A stretch of DNA of 64,000 bases, filler included, from Basidiobolus ranarum (GCA_040143965.1; 5 parts of 5 records of this genome joined end to end with filler, not necessarily neighbours in it), one strand, 5' to 3'; shown: positions 26,371 through 41,241, numbered from the whole stretch's first letter. The notes: a model not told the origin generated them from the letters alone. Numbers and translations: made by a program.

Positions 26371-26985
26371 CCCTCCACCCCCAACGAAGCCGCATCTTTA
26401 TCACCTCCTCCATCTCGTACATCACCACTGCCCCCACCACCACCACCACCCAACCAAAACAGATCGTCTTCGTTGTCATCTGCTCCTAGTCATAATCCTC
26501 CTAGAAGCCTTCCATCAGCACCTTTGCCACCGCCACCGCCATTTGTCTCTTGTCCATCTTTACCTCCTCCTCCTCCACCACCACCCAGCCAAAGCGGGCC
26601 TTTTTCACTGCCATCTGTTCCTAGTTATAGTCCTCCTAAAAGTATTCCATCTCTAAGGACAACACCAGTGCCTTCATCCCCATTACCTGTTTTCAATCAT
26701 GAAATACCAGTATCTAAGATAGAGCTTCCTACCTGTATGCCAGTGCAGAATACAAGGCTGGTTGTTAACAAGTTTCATGACCGACAAGATTGGATATTTC
26801 CAGCTGAGTGTGAACTTCCACCACCTTCAAATACACAAAGATTTGGTAACTTTGGAACCAAAAAATATCCAAGTGGTAGATCTGGCAGCCGTAAGTTTAT
26901 CATCAAACATATCTAAATAAGAATATTTCTCACATAATCTTAATTATTATTAGGTTATCCGTTAGATCTTTCTCGGTTTGGTTAA
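26371..26985 (+). CDS. Proline-rich verprolin/WIP-like protein, C-terminal part (5' end in gap)
   Basis: Polyproline runs; WIFP..LPPP..KKYPSGRSGS|RYPLDL* across intron 26891-26953 matches the WIP/Vrp1 WASP-binding tail. Confidence 0.75.
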
Positions 26986-27691
26986 TTAATGATTAAAGCA
27001 GTATTGAGGGTGGGGTGTTCTTTTTTTTGAAACTCTACCTCACAGTTCACTACTTACAAAATCCGACTTCAAACAAAAGTTTAGTCGAAATTTCATAAAT
27101 TTGCAAACCCCTAGAATATGAGATACTAGTTTAATTGGACACTAGTCTTAACAGAGGGAAAGTTGAATTGAGTTCTGATAGCCTAATCACCGACTTATGA
27201 AAAATAGGATTCTTTCAACTGTAAATGTCACATTAATGAATATTATATAATAAAAATCCTTATAACTTTAATGAGTGATATTTTCTCCGGATAGGATGAT
27301 TGGAGATGTGATTCCTTCCAACATTCATCCATTGAACTCAGTGAGCGTGTGAAAAAGAGAACAATAGTTCCTTCGATGGAAATGACTGGTATCCAAATTT
27401 CAACTCCTTCTATGCTAACAGTCACGGGAGTCGGGATTCAATGTTAATAATATCTCTCAACATCGCAAAGTACTACTCATTCTGCGTCAATCCATGTTCG
27501 GGTTAATTATTGCGGGAACACACTCGTGGAATGGTCCCAAAAAAGGCATCTCTTTTCTAAATCGAATTTAGACCCAAGGGGGATTTTCTTTCATGGGTAG
27601 AATGGACTTGAATAAGCTTTAGTCCGAGCATTCTCTGAAAACTATAAAATCCTACTTGTCAATCACCCAATTCATATTACAAACAACCACA

Positions 27692-28388
27692 ATGAGGATT
27701 CACAACGATATAAAAGTAGAGGCTGGAAATCCAGGTAAGATCATTTTGTAGTTCATCTCGACATGTAAATTTTATTAAGTGTTATGCCAACAAAGGTCAA
27801 ATGGAGAAAATCATCGAATGTTTGGAAGAGGCTTTTGAAAAAGTACCTTTTCATATCAGCACCATCAAGTACATATGTGGCAGTGATTACAGCCGAGAAG
27901 TTTCCCAATTACTCTTTGAAGACGCTGTAAATGATGCTTTTCAAAATGGAGCTGTGAACACCATGGATCAATGTAATGCGGTATCTTTATGGTTTAAGCC
28001 GGGAGCACATCATGGCTCAATAGATGCAAATAAATGGTTGCCATACATTGGTGAAGATGGGCTTGAGCGTTTGAAGACATTTGGTGAAGCCATGAGTCGT
28101 AATCAGCAAGAGGTGGTAGGTGATCGAGAAGTTTGGCATCTCTACATGATCGTCAGTAATCGGGCTGGCAGGGGAAAACGACTTGCTTCCACGCTACTCA
28201 AGCACAGCCTTGAGAGAGCTGATAAGGATGGAAAGTACTGTTATCTCGAGTGTGTAGACCCAAGTTTGGTATCTTATTATCAAAAGTTCAACTTCAAGCC
28301 AATCAAAACCGTGAATATTAGACCTGAAGTGCCTATTACCCTGATGTTACGCGAACCTCACTTTATTGAGCTTCCTTCCAGTTTGTAA
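27692..28388 (+). CDS. GNAT-family N-acetyltransferase, 2 exons
   Basis: Intron 27735-27795; WHLYMIV..GRGKRLAS.LL acetyl-CoA motif; CYLE..YYQKFNF. Confidence 0.88.
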
Positions 28389-29510
28389 GATTTCATTTGT
28401 TTGCAGAGTGCGCCATTTCATGGAATAGGCTTACTGCAGAAGATCAATTTTTCAACTATGCACCTAGTATAAAATGGGAAGCCAGAACCTTCGATAGTTG
28501 AGAAAATCTCTACCAATCATTGGTGCTCTATCATTATGACTCAATCCCAAGTTCGACGCATCTACTCTCCTACAGATATAGGTGCTTCTAAGGCGCATCT
28601 AGTGGGAGCTACGAATCAACAGTAATTTGCACAAATAAATTCGAACAGTACCATTACCAAATCAGTATACTTCTGTTTGCACCTATCCACAATTGTTTGT
28701 AACCAAAATGCCAACTTTGAGTACTTTATCTACACGTCGAAATAACAGAAAGACATACATGACCATTGCTTCGATGCTCCACCAATACTCTCTAAATGAT
28801 ATTTCTATAGACTGCCGACTCAATGCGCCTAAAGTAACTCATTAACACAAGATCAAGATCGAAGCATCTATTCAAAGCTGTCAAACCGGAATAATGATCA
28901 GATAAGCCCTAATCAAGATGATGTGTTACTATCACACCACACAGTCGATTGGTTGGAAACATGGGTTGTTTCTTTACTACGTACAAATAGCATCCATATG
29001 GCTTGCCATTCCATGAAATCCATCCAATGTCAAGAACTACTACCACCAGCCTATTTCATACCTTTCGTCATGCAAGCTACAAGAACGATGATCTTGTATA
29101 GCCTTCATTCGTAAATACTGTCCAGTTCCCACGCCTGTTCAAACCTCGTTCAGTAATGGAATATTACTTTTAATATTAAGTATATCGGTCGTCACTTTCA
29201 CCACTCATGGGATATCCCCTTTTAGCAACCGTTCGTTCATTTTCAGGCCGTTAAGGGTATGATATTTATTGCTTCAAAACGATGTCTTCAAAGATTATGT
29301 GCATGTGTAATCGCAAATACGTGGGCGTAATTCAAGTGTTTAGCAAAAGTTAATAAGCTTCTCAAAGAAAAAGATTGAGATATTACTAATGATGAGTTAA
29401 GAATAACCGGGTAATGGTATGTGCGTGGGTATTCATTTGGGAGTGGGAGTGGGAGCGAGAGAACGCATGATAATATGAACGGAAATGCAAGAAATAGCTT
29501 GATTTCATGG

Positions 29511-31129
29511 TCATTGATTCTGTAACGTCATCCCCAGAGAGTTGAACGGTCCTTTCTCGCTTAAGCTAGTAGAACTCTTTTCATCACTGCTAGATTCTTC
29601 AAGCCATAGATTAGAGTCAAGGTTACCACTTTGATAGATTCCGTGTAGTCCATCCTTTCGCGAAATAGTTTCACTTCGGTCTTTTCTGAGGCGTTGATTC
29701 TTGTGTTGTAAATTAACCACCCTATCCAATAGCTTATGATTCTCTTGAATTAACTGGTCAATCCGGCGTCCCAATTTCTCTACATCAATCCCACTTTCTT
29801 CTTTAGAAGAGATAGAGCTATCCCGTGACAATGAAAGATCAGGAACATGAAGATACAAGAGTCTCAGGCTAGACAACAGCTCGGCTTTCTCTTCGTTTAA
29901 TTGCGAGATACAGGTTGAGTACTCTTCCACCTTTAGGCGTAATTTGTAGATCATTTGATCCTTATCTTCTTCATCAAAAGTATTTAAATCTTGGGTGATG
30001 ATACTGTGTCTTTTTTTAGCTTGTCTTCTGAAGCCTCTTTTTTCTTGTGGCATCTGCTGCTTGGGTGACTCTTTCACAGTCTCCTCAATAGGGTGACTAC
30101 TTTTGACTGGATTGGTATACATTTCTTTGGTTTCTTTAAGCTCCTCTTGAAGGCGTGCTACCTGCATCGTCAGTTCTTGGATTCTTTGATCTTTATCACC
30201 CAAGGATGAATCAGGTGATGTCTTCGGAAACTCGGGAACGGGTCCTGAACCAGAATATACATCTAAATCACCATGGAGGGGACGAGCCTCAGAATGGGAT
30301 TTCACGAAAGCCTCCAGTTTATAACTTATATTGGTTAATTGAGTACTTAAATCGGATATATCATTGATAGAGACATCTTCGACGGACTGACTCCGACTTA
30401 ATTGAGCTTCCCTAGGACGACTCGCTAATACAGATGCTACTGGTGCATCAGTCCGTTGACGGATTGATTCTGCCAACACTGCGCCTATATGTTCAAGGAA
30501 TGTTCGTTGTAGGTGAGCCACTATTTGAGTCACTCTCCAAAGCTCTGAAGAAAGTTGATCCACTCTACGCTCAGAATTGGATAGCTGCTCTTGTGCTTGT
30601 TCCATCAGTTTTCTATCGGTTTGTGCATTGACCATAGAAGAAGCACCATCACGAATCTTGATTTCATGTTGAAGCTTAGTTTTCAAGGCTTCAATGGAGA
30701 CGTTATATTCCAAATATTCCTAATGAACCAACAAATCAATATCAGTTAGAGACTCATTAGGAACGTGACACATATATATATATGTACCTGCTTCAACAAT
30801 CTATATTCATCAAGGTTCAATGCATTAAAATCCTTGGTATCGAATAATACGCTGGAGATCATTTCCAATCGTTCATTACTCCTCTGGAGAGACTTTCCGT
30901 CCATTTCTCTAGCATTTGCTTTACCATCATGGATATAAAAACCCTCCAATATAGAGTCAATTGATGGCTTCGGAAACTCAGTGGATTTTTTCAAAAATGG
31001 ATCAGACTCTTCTCCTACTAATTGGTGTTCGCTCGTATCCATAGTGTCGTAACGAGCTCCGCAAACAGTATAAAACTCCGGGCTCTTAGAACCCTCGGAT
31101 TTTTTGTCTAAATTGAACAGAGAAGCCAT
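29511..31129 (-). CDS. Coiled-coil protein with Uds1 (up-regulated during septation)-like domain
   Basis: Intron 30720-30787 joins the two ORFs in frame; D.KDFNALNLDEY..LK..E.KIRDGA..FLEHIGAVL fits the Uds1 pattern. Confidence 0.75.
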
Positions 31130-34100
31130 GGGACTAACTAAAGTGGAGACCGACAGATTGCCTACGAATAAGTGAAGAGAGTATAAGTAAGAAGTATCAA
31201 AGTATTTTTTATATATTCACTTTGGAATATCTTACTAAAGCGTTTCTTTTCAGGTGTGGTAGGTAAAGAGTAGATTTGAAGATCGCGTAAATCCATGGGT
31301 TTGATACTTTTAGGTTTTACGGTGAAAGAACTATAAGAAGTGAAACAAATATCCTCTGAATTGGTTGACTGACCCTAAAAAGTAGGTAAATAAAGTCATT
31401 AAGAGATACATCGAATTTATACTTGGAAAAGAAATACTAACCTGACCATTATTTGTAGGTCCAGTAGAGGTTGCCGCGCTTTTACTTTCATGTTGACGAG
31501 GTTTTACATATTCGGAACGACCAAGTCCCTTAAAAAATGAGGGGTTAATCTTGCTCTAAGACATAACAGATCGTGACTAGGTCGTAGAGAAAAAGTACTA
31601 ACTGGGGAGTGTGTTTGTTGTGAGTTCTTATGTACAAACATTTAAGGAGTTATTGAGAGACAAGGCCAAGAGTAATTTATTAATAAGCAAAGAGACAAGG
31701 CCAAGTTTATTGTCGAGCTGTTGTAGTAAACTTATAGGAACTTGGTAAAAGTACAAAGTTTAGGAGTTTATCTGAAGACACAATAGAGAGATAGGTAGTG
31801 TATAAGCTAAGCGGGAACAAGATCTATATACAAGAGTGGTGCATGCTGTGTAACTATGAATATTTGAAGGAGTAGGTGAAAGAGTCTTCTTTTTCAAATG
31901 ATACTCTTAGATTGTTTGAAATTCACACTCCCAGTTAATTTAAGGATATACTGTACTTGAATAGACTTCTCGACTTCCATTTTAGGAGTTATTCCAAAAG
32001 TACGCAGCTTTTTGGATAAGGATAAGTCGAGATTCCACAAGAGCAGATAGGCCAAGCATAAGTATGTGGCAAAATCCACCCCAACAAGTTCGGCTTTGAG
32101 GTGGTGTCACTACAATAACAGTCATGAGTTCCATCCACCCGTGATACACTTGGCAATGAATCTAACCTCAAGAAGGGTCTTGATCGACAATCAACACATA
32201 CTGAAGGCTCTCATGGTGGCATCGGGCCAACCAGGTTCATCTGGTATGTGCGCTGCTGGAGGGTCAGAATCATTGATTGATCCTGGCTGCAAATATTCGA
32301 CAATCTATTTCGGCGCCAGTGAATGGTTGAGAAATTTCCGCATAAACAACAGAGTAAATTCCATTTTTGGGGTTGTCATCAATGGTGGATACCAGTATCA
32401 TGCATTTCAATAAATACCCCTTGGAGTGTCTCTAACAAATTGAATTTCATTAATGGGTCCTCATCTGTCGAGATTTGGCCTAGTTCTTTTCATTTGAGTA
32501 TATAAGGCTCATTGGAATTATGCGTACTTGCATCCCGATTTCCACTTCCATTATATCACGTAGCAGTGTTTAATACAATGGAATATGCACAGGTGTGCTC
32601 GCAGGTGGTCCTATGACGTTTACAGCTAATGGTTCTTGTGATATAATGCTGGCTCCTCAATGACCAAGAAGGGTATTATTGGATGTTTGCAACCATCTAA
32701 CCAGTATGGACGTTGTAATATTTCTCATTTCCCACTATTTCAGGACCATCTCAGCAATCCCTTGCTCCGATTATTGTGACCTGGTTTAGCTATATTCGTA
32801 GTTACCCTGCTGAGCCTGATACATGTTTCGATTAATATAGTACAGGTGAGCATTTAGTAGCACGATTTGACAGTCCAAGCTTGAGTTGCCTTTCCATCTA
32901 CCGGAGTATAGTTGCCGCCAGTAGCCCTTTTGGTTATGAGCTCTGACTCCATCATATGGCAAAGTATGATTGACAACCGATTGATAATAGATCATATGTA
33001 AAACTTGTCGGGCTAGAAATATTAATAGATTCCCATCAGGCGATGTTAGGTCAGATGGATTGTGGAACCATCACTATTTGAAAAGCTAGAGTTTGCCACC
33101 ATACCCATCAAGTGATCATTCCTTGTTTACTGAATATCAACTCATGAAAACGATGCCCAATCACCTCTCCTAGATATCTCGAATCATTCGGAGTAACTTC
33201 CATGTTTCCTACCTCTGAAATATCCGAGTATGAAAGTCATTAAGCAATCGGAAGAAAATTGCACCAGAGAATCCAGTTTTAGGACCAGCCTTTTTTTGGA
33301 TCATAATAATGGCAGAGAGCTACTTGGCTACGATCTCATCTAGTTACTAAATGAAATTCAGTTGATGTTTTTTCTCAGGGTTTTAGAGAGGAAATCGGAT
33401 GAATAATTGCAAGCATCGGTGATTATTATTCAAACCATCCGTTGGCTCTACAAGAAACCCCTCCATCATGGATGCTGTTTACTACTATATTGTAAGTATA
33501 ATCAAGATGCCATCTGATCTACGGAGTAGCATGAAGTTTGTCAATCATTGAGTATATTACTTTGAGCCTAGGGAAAGATTGAATACAGTTAGTAACATTC
33601 AGTTAGTGCATGTCTATACTTTGCTCATTATATAGAAATATTCTATATGGTATGTTTCAGCAAAATAACAAGGGCGTTGTTTGCTACAGAATAACCAACA
33701 CTAGTGAAGAGTTCTCATGATTTCTGGAAAATTTTAAACTCTTTTTCATCCATGACCGGAGTTACACCAATTCCATCCTATAGAGATCTGATTTGAATCC
33801 ATAGTGTAGAAAGCAGCGTTCAGCCGTAAGTGATACAAAGTTACCATATCCTGACTTGAGCATGAGTAACAGAAACTCCGCTGGCTATTTAATTTATGCC
33901 CCCTCAAATAATACAGCTTAACCAAGTGAAGGTGCGTGTTGGTAGGTGTATCCCAGGTTCAAGGCAATTACTGCTGACATCTTCCATCAGATTCGTTACA
34001 GCAGTCGAACATCGAGAAAAATGGAAATCTACATAATTAGTTACGCTTATCTTGAAGTTTATAACAAATACCTTTTCATGCTTCTATGTCTTGAATGACT

Positions 34101-34495
34101 TGATCGTTAGCAAAGCAGAGAGGTAGAAATATTCAATATATAAAAAAGAACCTTTGCATTGTATACATTGCAAAATAGTAAATTTGATGTAAAATCACGA
34201 CTTGACCATTAGCGTAGTAATTATCATTGCATTATATAGATATTTGTGATAATCCACTATCAGCTACTGACAAACACTATACACTATTGTAGTCTGATAT
34301 TAGGCTTAAGACATTGTACTATTACCCAGCATCTTACGTTGCACTAAAATAGTCGTGTTAGGATGGCAAATATAGTATTAGTGGTATCCGTTTGATTATC
34401 TGGTTTATTTAGCATTTAAAGGAGTGCTGGGGAGACTGCGATGAGATTTCTGGACCAAAAGGCTGATTGACTTCAACAGTATATCCCATAAGCAA

Positions 34496-35837
34496 TTATT
34501 CACGCAAATTTTCGAACGATTCAGCAAGTTCATCCAGAGTTTTGATCAGTTGTTTCCCTTCTTCAGCGTCATAATAGTCAACCTTATGTGGTGTTACGAA
34601 AGAAGATCCCCAGGGAAGGCATTCACTATGATACTTGGTTAGGGTATCTACATTCTTTCGCTCAGTGGTGGTAACGAACGTGTGTGCAGCTGCAGCATTA
34701 TATCCACTAATGACCAAGGAAGTTATAAAGAAGAGACGAGCCTAAGTAATGAAAATCCAGTTAGATATGTAGTGGTTACGTTGCCACAGAAATGGATATA
34801 TACTGACTAGATAGAATAGAGGGATGATCACGGCATGTTGGAACCAGAGAGGAAACTCGGTAACATATCCAGAGTATATAACCCCAGGGTGGGTCATGAA
34901 AGAACGAATATTGGTCTCTGCATACTTTTGATTAAGCGAAATGCTAAGGATATCCATTAAAAATTTAGACGAGTCGTAAGGATAGCAACTACATCATTCC
35001 TCAATTTAGTATAAATATATAACAAAATCAAACTGTCTGTAAGGTAATTACCCCTTGAGATGTTGATAATCCTCCAAGGAAAAAGCCGCTCTATCTGCAG
35101 TAGTGGATCCAGTCCAAATAATACGTGGGTCATCCGAGGCAAGTAGACTAGACTCTAGTTCACGAACCTACATGATAGGAAGCGTGTAAATATCTTTTCA
35201 GCGCTTTCTCACAGTTTGGTAATTTCAATCTAGTAGCAACTTACTAAAAGATAGTGTCCAAACACATTAGTAGCAAATACTAAGCCTAAACCTTCTTTAC
35301 TCTTTGCTCCTACAGGCTGAACAACACATGCTGGACGTCTAAAGAAATCCTTTGGCGCCATGAATAGCTGCTTAAGTCCAGCACTTAAGTCAAACCCATC
35401 CGTTGGCATGATGCCAGCATTACAATAGAGGACATCTAAACGTCCAAATCTATAATTGTACAAAAACATCAGCGTAAAATTCATTTATAATTGTGTTATT
35501 CAATGCTGAACGCATTTAATACCTTTCCTTGAACTCTTTTGCTGCTTTAAATACAGATGAAACAGAACTAGTGTCTAATAGCAAAATTTCAACTGTGGCT
35601 CTTGGAAATTGCTTCAATAACTTGGCTCTAGCTTCTTCAGCACGCTTCTGGTTTCTACAGCCGAGAATGAGCTTGTATTCAACACCAATTTGATTGCGTT
35701 CTAATAATCTTTGGCAGATACCAAATCCAGCACCACTTTAAGAAAACTCTCGCTGGTGAGTGAATAAACAATAGAAAGAGAAGCAACTAGGGAGCTTACC
35801 TATTAGCACCGGTAACCAATGCAATTTTCGAAGACAT
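34496..35837 (-). CDS. ERG27: 3-keto-steroid reductase (SDR), multi-exon
   Basis: ALVTGANS|GAGFGICQRL..ILGCRN..RLDVLYCNAG..GLVFATNVFGHY..IIWTGS..PYDSSK..HPG. Confidence 0.88.
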
Positions 35838-37947
35838 TATGGAGAAACTTGAGTTATCTATGAAATATGAATTTTGGTCTAATACTAGTGCTTATGCTCT
35901 AATACCCTTATCCTGAATCACGTGAAAGTCTAGAAATGTATGCACAACTGTAGTATTTCCAAAATTTATACAGCCAATCAAGGGGTATTTGAATTATTTC
36001 TAATCTATTGTATGTCGGTCACACAATAAAGCAATAATTTATGTAGTATTCAAGAATTTTGTTAGCGTAGCATGTTCATGCCCGAATAGAGTAGAGCTAC
36101 CAATATTCAATTAGAATCAATATTCTATACAGTTTTCGACATCAGATATTTCCTTGAGCTGGGTTATACATGTAGTTGCTGTTGCTGGCTGAAGATGAAA
36201 GTGATTAATGAACTAATAGCAAATGTTGAACTACACATATAAGCAGTTACTTTTGGAGAGGCTCTTGCGTAAGTGTAGAGCTTGTACATAAATGTATAAT
36301 ATTGCTCATCAAGTACAGATCCCAATGTTGATACTTTTTTGATCAAAAAGCTCTGTTCTAATGGTGTCTTAGATTATCTTGAAACTACTTACATTTCCAC
36401 CACTACATTCATGCAAGATTTTTACAGTTTGTACTGCTTGACTATGTGAGAATAATCAAACTTTTCATTCTTGTGATTATTCTTTCCCCTCATTAAGCAG
36501 AGTGCAAAGAACTCGGAAGAGTAATAATATTGAAGAGCTCATCAAAATTGCGGTTGGAGATGACATTAGTACTGAGCAGGACAGAAGTCACCAAACCTGC
36601 TGTGAGGGCCAGAGGTCGATACGATGAGAGTACCTTGATAATAAAATGAAGTTGTTCAACAGGTGTGAGCTGTTGGAATTGGTTTCTTGATAACCCCAAG
36701 TGTGGCGTGGTGGTATGCTTTGCAATTGCTAAATCAACTGTATAGATAATGGATAGTTATTGTAGGTAACAGATATTTCACTAAAGGATTGATACACATT
36801 TCTTAGGCTCCCCTCAGTCGACCATCTAGTTCTTCAGGCTATATGTGATACAGAAAAGAGGAAAAAAATACCGTTATGTAAGCCCAACTTACGGTTATTA
36901 TACAACAACAGTCAAATCCTCCCTGGGCTAAATGATAATATCCACATATAGATATGATTGCTCGGGATTTACAAAGCAAAGCCAAGAATAATGCTATGTG
37001 ACATCATACACAAGCTCATTTCTACCATTCCTTGCTCTTGACAACAATTTTCTACCAAGAGAGTCTATATGCCAAGAACATGTTTCGGCCCAATTACTTC
37101 ATAACAAAAGGCACGTCTGCCCCTAATGTAACCACAGGAACAATACCCCAAGTCACACTTATCCATCAGTGTTGAGCCCAAATTCCAAACATATATATTA
37201 CTTTTCTAAGCTATACATCACTGTTGCCAAGATATTTCCACACATAAACACAACTTGGCATACTCTGATCTGGTGAAAGAAATTCTGTACTACTACCTGG
37301 GTATTTCTTCCGTTTTTGTTGGAGTATTCCTCAATGCTATTAAAGGGACACTGATTTTCTGCCAAGGCCGTGGTCAACTTCGCCAAAATCGAGAAGCTTG
37401 TTTATATTATTATATGAGTAGCATCAGGTTTGATCTAAAATTGATAGTCTGATGCGGAGCTTTGGGTCTAAGAAGATGATAACAATCTATGGGAATGAAG
37501 TGCTACAGGATTGAATGCTCTGAATTGCCGGATTTTTTGATTATACCAGTTGCATGGTGTTCTCTCAGCGCCTCGTTGACTTGAATCCAGCATTGCGATG
37601 CAACATTAGTAAAATGTATATAGTCAAAGTTATCAACTGCCACCAGCCTGATGATTGTTGATTTCGCACAGCACCATTGAACACATCATAGATACATTGT
37701 ATAACAAAGTATGACTAGCAATGTATTTTATGGCTAATTTTGTCAGTAATCATCCGGTTTAAATAATACCCACAGATATCCTTATGCGAGCAAACCCACT
37801 ATAAGTTGTGTATCCATGTTCCGAGAAGCAGGTTTTAGCAACTCCAGATTAGTAGTACACACAAACCTGAGTTAACATTCACGAAACAATATAAGCTGGT
37901 CGTCTTTACCAACTTCATCATAACTAATTCTGAAATCCTAACCTCTA

Positions 37948-38535
37948 ATGCTAGCCTATAAAAGTATCTTCATTTTGACTCTGTTAGCAGTTGGAGTATT
38001 TAACCCGTTACTGGCAAGTGCTGACTCATGTGAAGACTGCCTAACCACCAAACCCTTCCAGGCCATGTCAGGGTGCCAGGACTTTAATTACGATAAGGAA
38101 CTACGCCCTACTCCTTCTGATCTCTTTAAGAAGTGTGCTTGTCAACTGTCCGAGGCAGCTACTGCGTTTGATTTGTGCAGCAGCACTTGCTCTCAAACGC
38201 GGTTGAACAATCAAAAGGAAGGAGTCGCTGCCATGAAGAAAATATTTTCTTGTCAAAATGTCTCAGGTTCACCTTCAGCCAATTTACCTAGCAGTTCTGC
38301 AACTAGCTTACCAGCTAGCTCTTCAGCTGGTTCATCTACCGGGTTATCTACTGGTTCACCTACTGTATCCTCAAGTGCATCATCAGCTAATCCAAATAAA
38401 ACAACTGTCACTACTGGAGTGACCAACAGCCCAACACCCACCAAGACCAATGGTGCACCATCAAACATGTTAGCTCTTAAAACCACCGCTCTTGGAGCTG
38501 CTGTTGGCGTCATTCTCAGTTGTATCTTATTTTAA
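37948..38535 (+). CDS. Secreted Cys-rich, Ser/Thr-rich protein, probably GPI-anchored
   Basis: N-terminal signal peptide, 8-Cys domain, S/T stalk, NGA omega-like site, hydrophobic C-tail. Confidence 0.85.
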   Translation: MLAYKSIFILTLLAVGVFNPLLASADSCEDCLTTKPFQAMSGCQDFNYDKELRPTPSDLFKKCACQLSEAATAFDLCSSTCSQTRLNNQKEGVAAMKKIFSCQNVSGSPSANLPSSSATSLPASSSAGSSTGLSTGSPTVSSSASSANPNKTTVTTGVTNSPTPTKTNGAPSNMLALKTTALGAAVGVILSCILF

Positions 38536-38859
38536 TCTGAAGACACTTCTTGAGCGCATTATTCTTTTTTATTGTAACTTTATGGCATTAGCAATAAATT
38601 TGAGAACCTTGCTACTACTGGCATTGGCGATCACTAGTGACACTCGTAGTACAACTATATTTAAATAGATATTATTAAAGGTGGAGTATTGGATATACTA
38701 TAGGCAAGTATAGCAGACTCCTTCATAGAAACCAAACATTGGAAATGTTACTTCTACTTGAAAAGACTATTAGATTGATATTTTCCCTCCACTACTGTAC
38801 ATCAGGGTGAGCTATGCTACCATCACCCAAGTTGATCATATCTTATAAAGCATGATGGT

Positions 38860-39412
38860 AATTTAAAAGCATGTTCAGAACTTCACAAGCTTCAAAAATT
38901 GTAAATATGAGATTTATAAATATTTGATGTAAAATAGGCATATGCTCAGAGTTGGGATTGCTTTTATACTTTGCCATAGGTTAATATAGCTCCTGTTATT
39001 CTGTAGTCAACTTTTAATTCTTTGGGAGCTATTTAAAGCATATCAATATGCTAGTGTATTGGATGATCATAAATTGGATGGAACCAACTGTGATGTTTGG
39101 AAAATTAAAAAGAAAATATTGTTGCAAGAAAAGGACTTTGGGACACTGTTGTAGGAGGAGATAACAATGCAAAACTGTCTGAAACCAAAGTTTTACTCCA
39201 GGTTAAAAAAGAACAAGTGCCTTTAACACAATTTATCTCAATGTTGAAGGCAAATTGCTACATCAATGTTCAAGAGTAAAAGCTGCCAAGAAGGTATGGA
39301 ATGCTTTGGAAGACATCTACCAAACATGTTCTGCTACCAACAAGATGCTTCTATGAAGCCAATTCTCTAACTTAAAGATGCAGTCAGTGGAAGACATTAA
39401 ATCACTAATGAT
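38860..39412 (+). mobile_element. Decayed copia LTR/gag fragment
   Basis: KLDGTNCDVWKIKKKILLQEKD..AAKKVWNALEDIY gag-like segments; CpG-depleted. Confidence 0.75.
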
Positions 39413-39512
39413 NNNNNNNNNNNNNNNNNNNNNNNNNNNNNNNNNNNNNNNNNNNNTTAATTAATTAANNNNNNNNNNNNNNNNNNNNNNNNNNNNNNNN
39501 NNNNNNNNNNNN
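39413..39512. other. Assembly gap with linker
   Basis: N run with TTAATTAATTAA. Confidence 0.98.
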
Positions 39513-40096
39513 GATATGCTGTGAGCAAATCCGTCACAATATGGCCCCTTGACCAACCGTCATAAAGGGCATGATGCATGGTCCATATGAAGTAGTCGGC
39601 TGAATCTTGAGTCCGGATTACTTCAAACGGAATAAGGAATTCTCCTGCATGAATTCCTTGATTCTTGTCCTGTTGTAAAATAACCTGTAGTTCCTCTTCT
39701 ATCATCGAACCATGTCTCAGTTCATGAACACTCCATTCTATATCATTCCTATTTAGGACTACTTGCAGTCCACTTAGATGTTCGAATCCGCTTGCTGAAA
39801 ATACACATATGGTGCGGTGGATAGGATTTACGTGAATGACAGTCTCCCATGTAGATCTTAAGCGATCACAATCGAAACTGGGATTGAAACGATACACTTG
39901 TTGATTGAGATAATACAAATTACCCTTCAGACCAAGAGCAAGGAGAGCCTCTTGAAGGAGAGAGCAGGGATAAATGTCCTCAATATTCTTCAAGTCAATG
40001 CCATTTTGTGATATATCGCAATCCCGCAAAAGGTCAAGGTCATCTGGCTCGAGTCCAAGCAGTGAGAATCGCTCAATCATCCTTGGCGACTCACTG
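39513..40096 (-). CDS. NRPS condensation domain (partial; runs into gap)
   Basis: IEDIYPCSLLQEAL, NPIHRT and FIWTMHHALYDGWS (HHxxxDG catalytic motif). Confidence 0.9.
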
Positions 40097-40294
40097 TCAG
40101 AAATACGAGGTATGTTAGCCTAAGCATTATTAGGTAGCCATCAACTATACTTTAGCCGAACCTTTACTTAATGTTGGAATACTAATATATTCGATTGATT
40201 TAGGAAGAGGCTACATGATTTTGCTGTCTATGCATCAACGATCATTTGTTACAAAATGCGTGGTATGTTTAGTGGTTTGTATGCTTCAAAGACT

Positions 40295-40371
40295 ATTTGT
40301 TAAAAAATAGGTGACTGTTAAATTTGTTACAAAATAGGTGACTGTTAAATTTGTTACAAAATAGGTGGCTG
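40295..40371. repeat. About 2.8 copies of a 27-bp tandem repeat
   Basis: Unit ATTTGTTACAAAATAGGTGACTGTTAA. Confidence 0.9.
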
Positions 40372-41241
40372 GGCCAATCAATTTCAATGAATTTTATAAA
40401 ATCGTATAAGGTGTGGAAAGATTTAAGGAATGTCAATCGAATTTCTTAATTAGGCTGATCCTAAGAATACTTTAACCAGTTTTGGAGATTTTACCAATAC
40501 TTATATCGGATGTACGCACAGCCATCATTGCCTTACATTGATCCTATAAAGTCACAAGGAGATAAAGTGAAATGGGGCACGTCATTTACCATGATGTACA
40601 CTTCCATTATCCTAGTATTCTTCTTTTTTCGAAATAGTTTGCATTAAAGAAAGTTTGCTTCAACAGTTAGCTTTCTTGGGTTTATGACAAATACATACAT
40701 ACATCATATCCTTCAATTTCTATACAATTTGAAGCTGCAGATACAAACTAGCATCCTCGATAGAATTAGACCAATACTGTATTTCGCTAATGTTACTTTA
40801 TTGATTTGGTATTATCGTAATGTGCTAGTCACTAGCTTGGCTACCCTGACTGCTATTATAAATAGGCCTAACCCTATAAACCATGAATAGAATCAAATTT
40901 ATTATTAATTCAACTTTATTTATTATTATTACTGTACAACAACCAAGTTGAGTTAATAGATAATGCACTGGGCATTGACAGCATAAATAGCAGGCAAGAC
41001 TGTGGCGGACCATACAGAATCCTGACCACATGACACGTTCTTTTACCTCCATTGTTTACTGAGACAACTATACCAAGTTTGAGCAAAAAGGATTAACGTT
41101 GACGCGAAAGTCAATAAATTCAGCTACATCGCACCAGGCATCATAGAGTATGCCTATTCACTCAATCTTCTACTAACATCCAGTATTACCTTTTGTGGTA
41201 TCCACTCTCGAAACGTATTCTTGTTGCTTATTGAATATCTA

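Noticed and set aside
40295-40371. 27-bp repeat as a CRISPR-like array
   Set aside because: Copies are directly adjacent with no spacers; a simple minisatellite
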